This document shows positions 49,846-60,567 of a DNA stretch of 64,000 nt, one piece after another. The translations under genes and the position numbers were made by a program. The notes under the pieces were generated by a model. The model searched no databases. It worked only from the letters and a program-made list of their open reading frames with translations, and was not told where the DNA came from. The number at the start of each line of letters is the position of its first letter. Position 1 is the stretch's first letter. The stretch is from an uncultured Rickettsiales bacterium (GTDB lineage Bacteria; Pseudomonadota; Alphaproteobacteria; Rickettsiales; RGZB01). Location of the stretch: positions 173,163 through 237,162 of the forward strand of contig CAYXPR010000001.1 of the NCBI GenBank assembly GCA_964467255.1, read 5' to 3'.

Positions 49846-49995
49846 TTACTGCTGTGGGGCAGAAGTATCAATTTCTTTCAGAACCGGCTTACGCTCAGGC
49901 GCAACGTTGGCAACACTGAGGTAAACAAGGCCGCCAGCAAGAACAAGTATGACGGTTAAAACGATAAAACGTTTAAATTTGCTTTTTTTAGACAT
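49846..49995 (-). CDS. Hypothetical 49-aa single-TM protein (below the ORF-track cut-off)
   Basis: My translation is MSKKSKFKRFIVLTVILVLAGGLVYLSVANVAPERKPVLKEIDTSAPQQ: a basic N-terminus, one TM and a short tail. It ends 9 nt before the 409-aa ORF start. Confidence 0.4.
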   Translation of the reverse strand: MSKKSKFKRFIVLTVILVLAGGLVYLSVANVAPERKPVLKEIDTSAPQQ

Positions 49996-50072
49996 ACACA
50001 CCACTTCAAAAACGGGTAGCGAATAGAAGAAACACTTTAACTTCGCTTGCGCATTCGTTATGTATAGCCCGA

Positions 50073-50594
50073 ATGGGACAGGAAGTAAATAAAACGATTG
50101 TGTTGGTGGGGCTGATGGGAGCAGGGAAAACTGCTATCGGCACGCGCCTTGCTAAGCATCTTTCGGTGACGTTTGTGGACACCGACCACTTGATTGAAGA
50201 AAAAGCCGGAAAATCCGTCTCCAAAATTTTTGAAGAGCAGGGCGAAAAAGCATTCCGCGACATGGAACGCGCGGTAATTACTGAAGAAATTGCCAAGCCC
50301 CCGCATGTGATGGCTACGGGTGGCGGTGCGTTCATGGATTCCGCCACGCGTACACTTATCAAACAAAAGGCTATTTCTGTGTGGTTGCAGGCGGATCTAG
50401 ACACGCTGCTAGGGCGTGTTTCACGCAAGAACACTCGCCCGCTTCTTGAAAAAGGTGACAAAGCGGCGGTGCTAAAAGAGCTGATGGAAAAGCGCTACCC
50501 TACCTATGCGGAAGCTGATATTGTGGTCGAAAGCACCGATGGCCCCCATCAGGCTGTGGTGGATAAAATTATTGAAGCGCTTTCAACATTATGA
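50073..50594 (+). CDS. aroK: Shikimate kinase
   Basis: Walker A GLMGAGKT, 173 aa, ATGA-type overlap with aroB. Confidence 0.92.
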   Translation: MGQEVNKTIVLVGLMGAGKTAIGTRLAKHLSVTFVDTDHLIEEKAGKSVSKIFEEQGEKAFRDMERAVITEEIAKPPHVMATGGGAFMDSATRTLIKQKAISVWLQADLDTLLGRVSRKNTRPLLEKGDKAAVLKELMEKRYPTYAEADIVVESTDGPHQAVVDKIIEALSTL

Positions 50595-51733
50595 CGGCTG
50601 ATCATTCATCGCCCGCCAAAGTGCACCTTAACTTGGGTGCCCGCAGTTACGATATTCTGATTGGCAGAGGGCTTTTGGAAACCACCGGCGAGAGGCTAAA
50701 AAGCCTTGGTATTGCCCGGCAGGTGTTCGTGCTGACCGACAGCCACGTGGCCGATTACCACCTCAAAACCCTGAAGCTTTCGCTCGAAAAAACAGGCATT
50801 GCGCACCACGAGATGATTCTGCCACCCGGTGAGCAGACCAAAAGCTTTGAGAATTTGCAGAAAATTCTGAATGAGATTTTAAAACATAAGCCGGAACGTA
50901 AATCCGCTATTGTGGCGCTGGGCGGCGGTGTGATTGGCGATTTGGCAGGCTTTGCAGCGAGCATTCTGCTGCGTGGCGTGCCGTTTGTGCAAATTCCCAC
51001 CACGCTGCTTTCTATGGTGGATAGTTCGGTGGGCGGCAAAACCGGCATCAACACCACGCACGGCAAAAACCTGATTGGCAGCTTCTATCAGCCGAAGTTG
51101 GTGCTGGCGGATATCGGCTTGCTGGATACGCTGCCCAAACGTGAGTTCCTTTCGGGTTATGCTGAAGTGGTGAAATATGGCTTCATCAATGACCGCCCGT
51201 TTTTTGACTGGCTGAAAACAAAAGAAGAAGCGATTCGCTCTGCGCGCATTTTGGTGCCAGAAGAAAGCGAAAGCCTGATTAAGATGATTAAAACCAGCTG
51301 TGAGGCGAAAGCCGCCGTGGTGGCAGACGATGAGCGCGAGTCGGGCGCCCGCGCGCTGCTGAATTTAGGGCATACGTTTGGCCACGCGCTGGAGCTTGAA
51401 ACCGGTTACTCCAGTGAATTGCTGCACGGCGAAGGCGTGGCGATTGGCATGGTGTTGGCGTTTCAGCTTTCTGCCAAGTTAGGGCTGTGCAGCGCAAAAG
51501 ACGTTACTGAAGTAGAAAAGCATCTTGCCGCCGTTGGCCTACGCACCGCCCCGAAGCAAATTCAAAAACCGATGGAAGCAAAAGCACTGCTCTCGCATAT
51601 GGCGGGTGATAAAAAAGTGAAGGATGGCAAGTTGGTTTTTATTCTCGCTAAGGCAATTGGGCAGGCATTTATTGCTGAAAATATCCGCACAGCAGATGTA
51701 GAAGCACTGCTGAACGCGGCGCTGGAGGCGTAG
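50591..51733 (+). CDS. aroB: 3-dehydroquinate synthase
   Basis: ALGGGVIGDLAGFAAS, IPTTLLSMVDSSVGGKTGIN, and LNLGHTFGHALE motifs. Confidence 0.94.
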   Translation: MTADHSSPAKVHLNLGARSYDILIGRGLLETTGERLKSLGIARQVFVLTDSHVADYHLKTLKLSLEKTGIAHHEMILPPGEQTKSFENLQKILNEILKHKPERKSAIVALGGGVIGDLAGFAASILLRGVPFVQIPTTLLSMVDSSVGGKTGINTTHGKNLIGSFYQPKLVLADIGLLDTLPKREFLSGYAEVVKYGFINDRPFFDWLKTKEEAIRSARILVPEESESLIKMIKTSCEAKAAVVADDERESGARALLNLGHTFGHALELETGYSSELLHGEGVAIGMVLAFQLSAKLGLCSAKDVTEVEKHLAAVGLRTAPKQIQKPMEAKALLSHMAGDKKVKDGKLVFILAKAIGQAFIAENIRTADVEALLNAALEA

Positions 51734-51736
51734 GCG

Positions 51737-53044
51737 ATGTCAGATGATGATTTGTTATTTACGGCGTTAGCGGTGGGCGGCTTGCTCGTGTTGGCCGCAT
51801 TTTTCTCAGCGGCTGAAACGGGCTTGACCGGCGTTTCCCGCGCGATGGTTCACCGTCTAAAAACAGAAGGCAATCGCCGTGCGCGCATCATCAGCCGTCT
51901 GCATGAAGACAAAGACCGCCTGATTGCCGCCATTCTGCTCGGTAATAACGTAGTAAACATTCTGGGTTCTGCTGTTGCCACAGCATTTTGCATCCGCGCC
52001 TTTGGTGACGATGGGCTTGCTTATGCCACAGTAATAATGACTGTGCTGATTACAATATTTTCAGAAGTGCTGCCCAAAGCCTATGCGTTTCGTAAGTCAG
52101 AGAAAGTTGCGCTGTTTGTGGCGCCCGTGATGTCAGTTGTCGTCAAAATTCTGACACCGTTTACCATTATGGTGGAAATGATTGTGGATGGTCTGCTGCG
52201 AATGCTTGGTGTGCAGAGTAGCGAGGATAGCGCTGGCGATGTGATGGAAGCCTCGGAAGAATTACGCGGTGCAATTGACCTCCACCACAGCGAAGGCGCG
52301 GTGGTGAAGAATGATAGGGACATGCTGGGTGGCATTCTTGATCTTTCCGAGATGGCGGTGGCGGATATCATGGTGCACCGTAAAAACATGGTGCGGCTGG
52401 ACATAAGCCTAAAGCCTGAAAGCGTGATGCAGCAGGTGCTGAACACGCCTTACTCACGCCTACCAGTATGGAAAGACAACCCCGATAATATCGTGGGCTT
52501 GCTGCATGTAAAAACATACTTGAAGCAGTTGCAGCAAGCGGTGCAATGCCAAGGCACAGTGGATATTAATGACGTATTGACCAAGCCGTGGTTCGTGCCA
52601 GCAACAACCTCGCTCAAAGAACAGCTACAGGCATTTTTGGTGAAGCACCAGCATGCTGCCTTTGTGGTGGATGAATATGGTGCGTTGCTCGGCATGATTA
52701 CACTTGAGGACATTCTGGAAGAAATCGTGGGCCAGATTGATGATGAGCACGATACGGTGCGCGGTACGCAACGTCTGAAGCGTGAAGCCGATGGCTCCTG
52801 CATTGTGGATGGGACGATGGCGATTCGTGACCTGAACCGCGATATGGAGTGGGGCATTCCGGATGAGGAAGCCTCCACGCTCGCAGGCTTGATTATTTAT
52901 GAAGCGGAGCGCATTCCCGACAGCGGTGAGGCGTTCCAGTTTCATGGTTACCGCTTTGAGGTGATAGAAAAACAGCGCCACCAGATTTCCCGCGTGAAAG
53001 TCAGCCGCGTGCTGGGCGATGAAGACGAAGGAAGTGACGTTTAG
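51737..53044 (+). CDS. CNNM/TlyC-family membrane protein (DUF21 - CBS pair - CorC/HlyC C-terminal domain)
   Basis: 435 aa. N-terminal four-TM DUF21-like region, a central CBS pair ([10 protein letters not shown]..., [29 protein letters not shown]), and a C-terminal transporter-associated domain. Confidence 0.85.
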   Translation: MSDDDLLFTALAVGGLLVLAAFFSAAETGLTGVSRAMVHRLKTEGNRRARIISRLHEDKDRLIAAILLGNNVVNILGSAVATAFCIRAFGDDGLAYATVIMTVLITIFSEVLPKAYAFRKSEKVALFVAPVMSVVVKILTPFTIMVEMIVDGLLRMLGVQSSEDSAGDVMEASEELRGAIDLHHSEGAVVKNDRDMLGGILDLSEMAVADIMVHRKNMVRLDISLKPESVMQQVLNTPYSRLPVWKDNPDNIVGLLHVKTYLKQLQQAVQCQGTVDINDVLTKPWFVPATTSLKEQLQAFLVKHQHAAFVVDEYGALLGMITLEDILEEIVGQIDDEHDTVRGTQRLKREADGSCIVDGTMAIRDLNRDMEWGIPDEEASTLAGLIIYEAERIPDSGEAFQFHGYRFEVIEKQRHQISRVKVSRVLGDEDEGSDV

Positions 53045-53487
53045 GCTTTAGGGATGGCCGCACGCGCCAGCGCGTCCACACGCTCATTCTCGGGGTGGCC
53101 GCTATGTCCCTTCACCCAATGCCACGACATATGATGCTTCGCCGCGAGGTCAGAAAGCTCGTGCCACAGCTCCATGTTTTTAACAGGCTTTTTATTGGCC
53201 GTGCGCCAGCCATTGGCTTTCCAGCCCTCCACCCACTTGGTGATGCCGTCTTTCACATAGCTGCTGTCGGTATATAATTCCACGCGGCAATGTTTTTTGA
53301 GCGCCCGCAGTGCTTCAATAGCGGCCATGAGTTCCATGCGGTTGTTGGTGGTCATCTCTTCGCCACCGCTTAGTTCCTTCTCGGTGGTTTTAAACGTGAG
53401 GAGCGCGCCCCACCCACCAGGGCCGGGGTTGCCGGAACAAGCGCCATCGGTGTAGATGCGGACGGTGGTGTCATGTTTCTTGTGCAT
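53041..53487 (-). CDS. rnhA: Ribonuclease HI
   Basis: [32 protein letters not shown], and [18 protein letters not shown] motifs. I prefer the ATG at 53487 (MHKKHDTT). The track ORF extends to 53586, and ATG 53499 is also possible. Confidence 0.9.
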   Translation of the reverse strand: MHKKHDTTVRIYTDGACSGNPGPGGWGALLTFKTTEKELSGGEEMTTNNRMELMAAIEALRALKKHCRVELYTDSSYVKDGITKWVEGWKANGWRTANKKPVKNMELWHELSDLAAKHHMSWHWVKGHSGHPENERVDALARAAIPKA

Positions 53488-53647
53488 GGGTGCTATCATG
53501 CCCAAGTTTGAAACAAGTGCAATATCTGCCTTGTAAAACAGGCAAATTCTTTGTTGCAGCGCAGCACATGTTTTTGGCTTTGGCATTGCAAATTGTGCGC
53601 GATGCGTCTAACGTCCGTTAGCTTTTCTAAGCGAGGAAAAATAGCCA

Positions 53648-54676
53648 ATGCCAAAATCTTCCAGCGCTAAAAAATCATTAAATCTTGCTCTGCAAGGCGG
53701 CGGTGCGCATGGTGCATTCACATGGGGCGTGCTCGACCGCCTGCTGGAAGATGAGCGCATCAGTATCGATGGTATTAGCGGCACCAGCGCGGGTGGAATG
53801 AATGCTGCGCTGCTGTGTTATGGCATGGCCAAAGGTGGGCGCACGGAAGCCCGCACAATGCTGGAGAAGTTCTGGAAGCGTGTGAGCCAAGCTGCTGCCA
53901 TGACCCCGCTGCAGCCCAGTATTTTTGATAAAATGATTGGCTCGCATGATTTTGCGATGACGCCGAGTTTTATGGCGATGGAATTTATGACGCGCGTGTT
54001 TTCGCCGTCGCAGCTGAACATTTTTGATATCAACCCGTTCCGCGATATTTTAGAAGACTTGGTGGATTTTGATGTGCTCCGTAAGTTTAAGGATATCAAA
54101 TTGTTCATCAATGCCACAAACGTGCGGACCGGAAAAATCAAAGTGTTCGACAGCAACAAACTAACGATTGAGATGCTGCTGGCATCATCGTGCCTGCCGT
54201 TCCTGTTTAAAACGGTGGAGGTAGATGGCGAGCCTTACTGGGATGGTGGCTATTCCGGTAACCCCGCGCTCTTCCCGCTGATTTACGAATGCCTCTGCAA
54301 AGATATTATGGTGGTGCAGGTGAACCCCATTCACATTCAGCAGGTGCCGACTTCAGCGCACGATATTCTAGATCGCGTGAATGAAATCAGTTTCAACACC
54401 ACGCTGATGCGTGAGGTGCGCGCTATCGCTTTCGTCAGCAAGCTGATTGATAACGGCAAGGTGAAGAGCGATGAATATAAAAGCATGAAGATTCACGTGA
54501 TTGAGGCAGAAGAAATCATGGCAGGCCTTGGTCATGCCAGCAAATTTAACGCGGATTGGGAGTTTTTACGCCACCTGAAAGACGTCGGCCGCCAAAGTGC
54601 GGATGAATGGATACAGAAGAATTACGACAAGATTGGCGTGGAATCATCTATCGACGTAAAGGAATACTTCCTTTAG
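53648..54676 (+). CDS. Patatin-like phospholipase family protein
   Basis: Oxyanion GGGAHGAF, the nucleophile GTSAG, and the catalytic Asp in YWDGGYSGNP. 342 aa. Confidence 0.88.
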   Translation: MPKSSSAKKSLNLALQGGGAHGAFTWGVLDRLLEDERISIDGISGTSAGGMNAALLCYGMAKGGRTEARTMLEKFWKRVSQAAAMTPLQPSIFDKMIGSHDFAMTPSFMAMEFMTRVFSPSQLNIFDINPFRDILEDLVDFDVLRKFKDIKLFINATNVRTGKIKVFDSNKLTIEMLLASSCLPFLFKTVEVDGEPYWDGGYSGNPALFPLIYECLCKDIMVVQVNPIHIQQVPTSAHDILDRVNEISFNTTLMREVRAIAFVSKLIDNGKVKSDEYKSMKIHVIEAEEIMAGLGHASKFNADWEFLRHLKDVGRQSADEWIQKNYDKIGVESSIDVKEYFL

Positions 54677-54693
54677 GCCATGTTTCAGGCATG

Positions 54694-54724
54694 AAAAAAG
54701 GGCGCAGAATCTGCGCCCTTTTTT
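54694..54724. terminator. Bidirectional Rho-independent terminator between the convergent patatin gene and rpmE
   Basis: AAAAAAGGGCGCAG-aat-CTGCGCCCTTTTTT: an 8-bp GC stem flanked by an A-run and a T-run. Confidence 0.85.
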
Positions 54725-54743
54725 ATTCTAACAGAAAAAGAAG

Positions 54744-54983
54744 TTATTTCTTTTCCGTGTTGTCTTTCAGGCCAAGGCCAGCAAAACGCTTGTTGAACTT
54801 CGCCACCTGACCGGCGTTTTTCACCTGTGCGGTGCCGCCAGTCCATGCCGGATGGGTTTTCGGGTCAATGTCCAGACGCAGCTCATCACCTGGCTTGCCA
54901 TAGGTGGAGCGGGTCTTGAATTTCGTACCATCGGTCATCACAACGGTGATTTCGTGGTAATCGGGGTGAATCTTTTCTTTCAT
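54744..54983 (-). CDS. rpmE: 50S ribosomal protein L31 (no CxxC zinc motif)
   Basis: [27 protein letters not shown] start. 79 aa. Confidence 0.93.
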   Translation of the reverse strand: MKEKIHPDYHEITVVMTDGTKFKTRSTYGKPGDELRLDIDPKTHPAWTGGTAQVKNAGQVAKFNKRFAGLGLKDNTEKK

Positions 54984-55067
54984 GGTCTTAATCTCTCATG
55001 CGTTCGTGGCGTTTATTTATCGCCGGAGTTCCCTGTAGGAAGGGGGCTTATACACGAAATAAATACC

Positions 55068-55877
55068 CTAAACAAGCGATTTTTCGGCCTGCATCCAGCC
55101 GTGATTCAGCGGGCCATGCCCCGTTCCCAGTTTTGGGGCGTTTTTAATGGCGCCTTGCACGTAATTCCGGGCTTCTGCCACGGCAGTTTCGAGGGGCTTA
55201 TATTGTGCCAGACCGCAGGCAATGGCCGAAGCCAGTGTGCAGCCCGTGCCATGGGTGTTTTCAGTATTAATACGCTGATTTTTATATGCTTTTGTAGAAT
55301 TTTCTTGAATCAGCACATCGGTGATTTCAGCCCCTTGCAAGTGCCCGCCTTTCACCAAAACAGTCTTGCAGCCCATGGCGAGGATGGCGCGGCCCGCTTT
55401 TTCCATGTCCTCAGGGTTGTGGATGCGGATGCCGCTTAGGGCTTCGGCCTCGGGCACGTTAGGGGTCACGATAGTAGCAAGGGGTATAAGGCGGTTTTTA
55501 AGAGCCTCTACAGCTGCAGCCTGCAAAAGCGGTGCGCCGCCTTTGGCAATCATCACGGGGTCTACCACTAACGGGGCTTTGCTGCCGGAGATACTGGCCA
55601 CAACGGCTTCAATCACCTCGGCAGAATGTAGCATGCCGGTTTTGATGGCATCGGTGCCAATATCGGCCAGTACGAGTTCAATTTGTTGGCGCAGGAAGGG
55701 CATGGGTACTTCATGAATGCCGAACACGCCTTTTGTGTTTTGGGCGGTGAGGGCGGTGATGGCCGTGGTGGCAAACACGCCGAGCGCGCTAGCGGTTTTG
55801 ATGTCGCCTTGAATGCCGGCGCCACCGCCGGAGTCAGAACCGGCAATAATCAGTAGTCGTGGGGTGCTTAAAGCCAT
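55068..55877 (-). CDS. thiD: Hydroxymethylpyrimidine/phosphomethylpyrimidine kinase
   Basis: IAGSDSGGGAGIQGDIKT start, VVDPVM, and GTGCTLASAIA motifs. Confidence 0.92.
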   Translation of the reverse strand: MALSTPRLLIIAGSDSGGGAGIQGDIKTASALGVFATTAITALTAQNTKGVFGIHEVPMPFLRQQIELVLADIGTDAIKTGMLHSAEVIEAVVASISGSKAPLVVDPVMIAKGGAPLLQAAAVEALKNRLIPLATIVTPNVPEAEALSGIRIHNPEDMEKAGRAILAMGCKTVLVKGGHLQGAEITDVLIQENSTKAYKNQRINTENTHGTGCTLASAIACGLAQYKPLETAVAEARNYVQGAIKNAPKLGTGHGPLNHGWMQAEKSLV

Positions 55878-55882
55878 GGCGC

Positions 55883-57238
55883 TTACGCCCGCTTTATTTC
55901 TGCGGCAATGTCGTGTGCAATTTGCTGGATAGTGGTGCGGTCTTTGCCTTCAACCATCACGCGGATCAGTGGTTCGGTGCCGGACTTGCGGATGAACACG
56001 CGGCCTTCGTTTTTGAGTTTCTTCTTACCAGCCTCAATGGCTTTTTTAACGGAAGCATTTTCCAGCGGGTCTTTTTTGCTGTCTGCCTTCAGGCGTACAT
56101 TTTCCAGTACCTGCGGGAAGGGCTTGAACACATGCAGTGCCTCGCTGGCTTTTTTGCCGCTGGCAATCAGCATGGCAAGTACCTGCAATGCCGCCACCAA
56201 GCCATCACCCGTGGTGGTGTAGTCGTTAAACACGATATGGCCGGACTGTTCGCCGCCGAGATTGTAATTCTTCTTCAGCATGGTTTCGATAACGTAGCGG
56301 TCCCCCACCTGTGTGCGCTCCAGCTTCAGACCCTGCTTTTGCAAATATTCATCGAGCCCCATGTTCGACATTTGTGTGGCCACGATGCCGCCGCCCTGCA
56401 GGCGGTTTTTACTGTTCCAGTAGGTAGCGATGCAAGCCATAATCTGGTCGCCATCGACCAGCTGGCCTTTTTCGTCGCACACGATGATGCGGTCTGCGTC
56501 ACCATCTAGCGCAATACCGATATCGGCTTTGTGCTCGATGGTTTTAGAGCAAATCAGTTCAGGGTGGGTGGAGCCGCACATCATGTTAATGTTAAACCCG
56601 TTTGGTTCCACGCAGATGGGGATAATGTCTGCACCCAGTTCCCACAGCACGGTGGGGGCCATTTTGTAAGCCGCGCCATTGGCGCAATCGAGCACAATTT
56701 TAATGCCGTCGAGTTTTTTCTTTTTCGGGAAGGTGGATTTTACATATTCCACGTAACGGCCTGCAGCGTCATCGAGCCTTTTAGCGCGGCCCAGTTTTTT
56801 GGGGGATACATGCAGTTTGCTGGTGTCGCTATCCATGAGTTTTTCGATGGCACTTTGCACTTCGTCGGAAAGCTTCATACCATTTGGGTCGAAAAGCTTG
56901 ATGCCGTTGTCTTCATACGGATTATGCGAGGCGGAAATCATCAGCCCTAAATCGGCGCGCAGTGAGCGCGTAATCATTGCCACGGCAGGTGTGGGCATCG
57001 GGCCAACAAGCACTACGTCCATCCCCACAGCAATAAAGCCTGCGGTGAGGGCGGGTTCAATGAGGTAGCCGGAAAGGCGTGTGTCCTTACCAATCACCAC
57101 GCGGTGGCGATGCGAACCGCGGGTGAAATAACTGCCCGCTGCCATGCCCACGCGCATGGCGGTTTCTGCATCCATCGGTGGTTTGTTGGATTGCCCGCGA
57201 ATACCATCGGTACCAAAATAACGCCGCTGCTTAGCCAT
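55883..57238 (-). CDS. glmM: Phosphoglucosamine mutase
   Basis: YFGTDGIRG start, the active-site [20 protein letters not shown], and GGEQSGH. Confidence 0.95.
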   Translation of the reverse strand: MAKQRRYFGTDGIRGQSNKPPMDAETAMRVGMAAGSYFTRGSHRHRVVIGKDTRLSGYLIEPALTAGFIAVGMDVVLVGPMPTPAVAMITRSLRADLGLMISASHNPYEDNGIKLFDPNGMKLSDEVQSAIEKLMDSDTSKLHVSPKKLGRAKRLDDAAGRYVEYVKSTFPKKKKLDGIKIVLDCANGAAYKMAPTVLWELGADIIPICVEPNGFNINMMCGSTHPELICSKTIEHKADIGIALDGDADRIIVCDEKGQLVDGDQIMACIATYWNSKNRLQGGGIVATQMSNMGLDEYLQKQGLKLERTQVGDRYVIETMLKKNYNLGGEQSGHIVFNDYTTTGDGLVAALQVLAMLIASGKKASEALHVFKPFPQVLENVRLKADSKKDPLENASVKKAIEAGKKKLKNEGRVFIRKSGTEPLIRVMVEGKDRTTIQQIAHDIAAEIKRA

Positions 57239-57252
57239 ACAAAATTACCAGC

Positions 57253-59190
57253 CTATACTTGCTGCGGCTTAGGGTCAGACGATGCATCGTCACCCGGTTT
57301 TTTGCGCCCACGCGGCAGAGAAGACTTGCGGGGCTGTTCCGGTGCTGAGCCATTGTCGTTCGACGAATCAAAGTTGCGCTCAATCTTTTTGCCCGCGAGC
57401 AGGTCTTTGATTTCATCGCCCGACAATGTTTCGTATTCGATGAGGCCTTTTGCAAGCGTTTCAAGATCCGCGCGATTTTCCTGGAGGATTTTCTTGGCGC
57501 GGTTATGGCCGGCTTCCACAAGGCGCTTCACTTCAGAGTCAATCAGACTGGCCGTTTCATCGGAGCCAGTGCTACCGCGCTGCACGAGCGAATGACCGAG
57601 GAACACTTCGTCATTATCGCTGCCGTGATAAAGCGGCCCGATTTTTTCACTCATGCCCCATGAGGTCACCATGTTGCGTGCCATTTCGGTCGCGTATTTG
57701 ATATCAGAGGATGCACCGCTGGTGACTTTGTCGTGACCAAAAATCAATTCTTCGGCTACGCGTCCACCCATTGCTACGGCAATATCGGATTCCAATTTTT
57801 CACGCGTGACGGAATAGCGGTCACGTTCTGGCAGGCGCATCACCATACCAAGCGCACGTCCACGCGGAATGATGGTGGCTTTGTGAATTGGGTCAGACGC
57901 TGGGCAATGCAGCGACACAATCGCGTGACCACCTTCGTGGTAAGCGGTGAGTTTTTTCTCATCTTCCGTCATCACCATCGACTTGCGTTCAGAGCCCATC
58001 ATGACTTTATCTTTGGCTTCTTCCAACTCCTGCATGGTGACTACTTTGCGGTTGGTGCGAGCAGCAAGGAGCGCCGCTTCGTTCACCAAGTTCGCAAGGT
58101 CGGCACCTGAAAAACCAGGCGTGCCGCGTGCAAGCACGTGTGGGTTTACGTCTGGTGAGGCAGGCACTTTTTTCAAATGCACGCGCAGGATTTTTTCACG
58201 GCCCATAATATCAGGCGTGGGTACTACAATCTGGCGGTCGAAACGACCAGGGCGCAGCAGCGCAGGGTCGAGCACGTCTGGGCGGTTGGTGGCGGCAATG
58301 ATAATCACGCCGTCATTGGCTTCAAAGCCATCCATCTCCACCAGCATCTGGTTTAAGGTTTGTTCACGCTCGTCGTTACCGCCGCCAAGACCCGCGCCAC
58401 GGTGACGGCCCACGGCATCGATTTCGTCGATGAAGATAATGCATGGTGCATTCTTTTTACCCTGTTCGAACATGTCGCGTACGCGGCTGGCGCCGACGCC
58501 CACGAACATTTCCACAAAATCAGAGCCGGAGATGGTGAAGAACGGCACGTTTGCTTCACCCGCGATGGCGCGTGCGAGCAATGTTTTACCCGTACCCGGT
58601 GAACCGACCAGCAAGCAGCCTTTGGGGATTTTAGCGCCGAGCTTGGTGTATTTCTGCGGGTCTTTCAGAAAGTCGACGATTTCAGAGAGCTCTTCTTTAG
58701 CTTCGTCAATACCGGCCACATCATCAAACGTGACGCGACCCTGTTTTTCAGTAAGCATGCGCGCGCGCGATTTACCAAAACCCATGGCGCCGCCCTTGCC
58801 ACCGCCCTGCATTTGTTTCATGAAGAAAATCCACACGCCGATGAGCAGCAGAATGGGGAACCAGCCGAGCAATACGCCGAAGAGTGAACCGGAGGAGCTT
58901 TCCATCGGCACGGCGTTGATGCGCACGCCATTATCGCGCAGTTTATCGACTAAACCGGGGTATTCAGTGCTGTAGCTGCTGAAGCTGGTGCCATCAGACA
59001 GCTGGCCTTCAATCGAGCGGCCCTGAATTTTTACGCTGGCTACGCGGCCCTGCTCCACTTCAGCGAGGAAGTCGGAAAACGGCATGGCAGAACTCTTGCT
59101 GCTGTCGCCTGAGGCAAAAAAGTCGTACGCCGACACTAAAATGATGATGGCAATGAACCAAAGCAGGATGTTTTTACCGGTGGAACCCAT
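57253..59190 (-). CDS. ftsH: ATP-dependent zinc metalloprotease FtsH
   Basis: Two N-terminal TM helices, Walker A GSPGTGKT, the SRH region, and the zinc motif HEGGH. 645 aa. Confidence 0.96.
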   Translation of the reverse strand: MGSTGKNILLWFIAIIILVSAYDFFASGDSSKSSAMPFSDFLAEVEQGRVASVKIQGRSIEGQLSDGTSFSSYSTEYPGLVDKLRDNGVRINAVPMESSSGSLFGVLLGWFPILLLIGVWIFFMKQMQGGGKGGAMGFGKSRARMLTEKQGRVTFDDVAGIDEAKEELSEIVDFLKDPQKYTKLGAKIPKGCLLVGSPGTGKTLLARAIAGEANVPFFTISGSDFVEMFVGVGASRVRDMFEQGKKNAPCIIFIDEIDAVGRHRGAGLGGGNDEREQTLNQMLVEMDGFEANDGVIIIAATNRPDVLDPALLRPGRFDRQIVVPTPDIMGREKILRVHLKKVPASPDVNPHVLARGTPGFSGADLANLVNEAALLAARTNRKVVTMQELEEAKDKVMMGSERKSMVMTEDEKKLTAYHEGGHAIVSLHCPASDPIHKATIIPRGRALGMVMRLPERDRYSVTREKLESDIAVAMGGRVAEELIFGHDKVTSGASSDIKYATEMARNMVTSWGMSEKIGPLYHGSDNDEVFLGHSLVQRGSTGSDETASLIDSEVKRLVEAGHNRAKKILQENRADLETLAKGLIEYETLSGDEIKDLLAGKKIERNFDSSNDNGSAPEQPRKSSLPRGRKKPGDDASSDPKPQQV

Positions 59191-59217
59191 GGTATTTCCT
59201 TTGTGTTTTAAGCGGGG

Positions 59218-60567
59218 CTAGACTACATGATAAACCGTGGCACGGCAATAGGCAAAGGCAGAGATTTCCAGCTTTTTACGCGGTGTGTGGCTGGTTGAGA
59301 GCCCGTCTTTAAGTGCCGTGTTTTTCACCCTTTTTATGTGGGGTGCAAACAGCAATGTTTCAAGCCCCTTTTCATTCTTTTTCCATACCGAAGGAAGGCT
59401 TAAAAGCGCCCGCTTGGGCATATTGGTGGGGGCTGATGCGATGTCAGCCGCAGCAAGCGGGCGAATAGTCACGTGGGTTTTAGTGGCAAAAGTAAAGCGG
59501 TTATCCCACAGATATTGTTCATTTTTATTTAGTTTTGTGGCAGCGGGTAGGCGGCTCGGCTCGCGGTAAAAAAACAGGGCGTTCTTCTGATATGGCTCCA
59601 CCATGCAGCCCGAAAGGGTGCGCGGGCGGCTGAGTGTGCCGGATAAAATGGCTTGGTGCAGCGGCTCCAAGCTTTCAAACCGTGCCATTTCGTCCTGCTG
59701 GCCTGCATAGGCCAAAAGCTGTGATAATACGCGCAAGGCAATTTCCTCGTGCAGGGTTTTATAGCCCTTTATATCCAGTCGGCAGATGCTAGGCAGGGGT
59801 TCGGCCACATGGGTTTTTAACGCTTTATTCACTTCTGCATCCACCACGGCGCGTGTGCGCCCCATGCTGCGCGCGCTTTCAAACAGGCGCTGGGTTAACT
59901 CGTCTTTTGTTTTGAGATTGCTGTTTAGTGCCATGCGCAGGCTGTTGCGAGCATATTGCGGGTCGGCATTCGTGGGGTCTTCCAGCCATGGTTGTTTGCG
60001 CTGTTTGAGGTATGCCTCAAGATGCTGCCGCTTTACGGCAAGCAGTGGGCGCATTACGCGGATTCCGAAGCGCTCGGCACTTTCCGGCATGCAGGCAAGG
60101 CCTGAAGCGCCCGTACCGCGCTGCAAGCGCAGCAGGAAGGTTTCTGCTTGGTCCTCCAAATTATGTGCTACCAACAAACCAGCCTTATGTTCGCGGCACC
60201 AGCCGAACAGCAATTGGTAGCGGATGGAGCGCGCCTCCGCCATGATGTTGGCGGTGGGTTTTTCACCTTCATAGCGAAGTGTTTGATGCGCGATGCCCTG
60301 CTTTTTGCACCACTTCGCTACTTGCAGCGCTTCTTTGGTTGCAGCTTTGCGCAAGCCATGATTGACCGTGAGGCAGGTGAGGTCGAAGCCGTTTTTTTTA
60401 GCCCATTGGTGCGCCAGCAGCGTAAGCGCCATGCTATCCGCGCCGCCGGACACGGCAACGGCAAGCTGTTTGCTGCGCCAGCCTTTTGTCAGGCGGGTCA
60501 GCACATCTGCCGTGTAATGTTCCAGCATGGTAAGGCTAGCTGCACTTGAGGGATTTGCGGCTTTCAT
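59218..60567 (-). CDS. tilS: tRNA(Ile)-lysidine synthetase
   Basis: PP-loop AVSGGADSMAL and the LVAHNLEDQAETFLLRL motif. The start is either 60567 (32-nt overlap with cpoB) or ATG 60528 (MLEHYT). Confidence 0.9.
   Translation of the reverse strand: MKAANPSSAASLTMLEHYTADVLTRLTKGWRSKQLAVAVSGGADSMALTLLAHQWAKKNGFDLTCLTVNHGLRKAATKEALQVAKWCKKQGIAHQTLRYEGEKPTANIMAEARSIRYQLLFGWCREHKAGLLVAHNLEDQAETFLLRLQRGTGASGLACMPESAERFGIRVMRPLLAVKRQHLEAYLKQRKQPWLEDPTNADPQYARNSLRMALNSNLKTKDELTQRLFESARSMGRTRAVVDAEVNKALKTHVAEPLPSICRLDIKGYKTLHEEIALRVLSQLLAYAGQQDEMARFESLEPLHQAILSGTLSRPRTLSGCMVEPYQKNALFFYREPSRLPAATKLNKNEQYLWDNRFTFATKTHVTIRPLAAADIASAPTNMPKRALLSLPSVWKKNEKGLETLLFAPHIKRVKNTALKDGLSTSHTPRKKLEISAFAYCRATVYHVV

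Noticed and set aside
53648-54676. The patatin-like phospholipase as a possible CBASS (CapV-like) defence effector.
   Set aside because: There is no CD-NTase/cyclase, E1/E2/JAB or other signalling gene adjacent. The neighbours are rnhA and rpmE, with a clean terminator. It looks like a stand-alone housekeeping or lipid-metabolism patatin.
55878-55882. I looked for a TPP riboswitch upstream of thiD.
   Set aside because: thiD starts 5 nt after the glmM stop, so there is no leader space. No THI-box-like sequence was seen in the neighbouring spacers.
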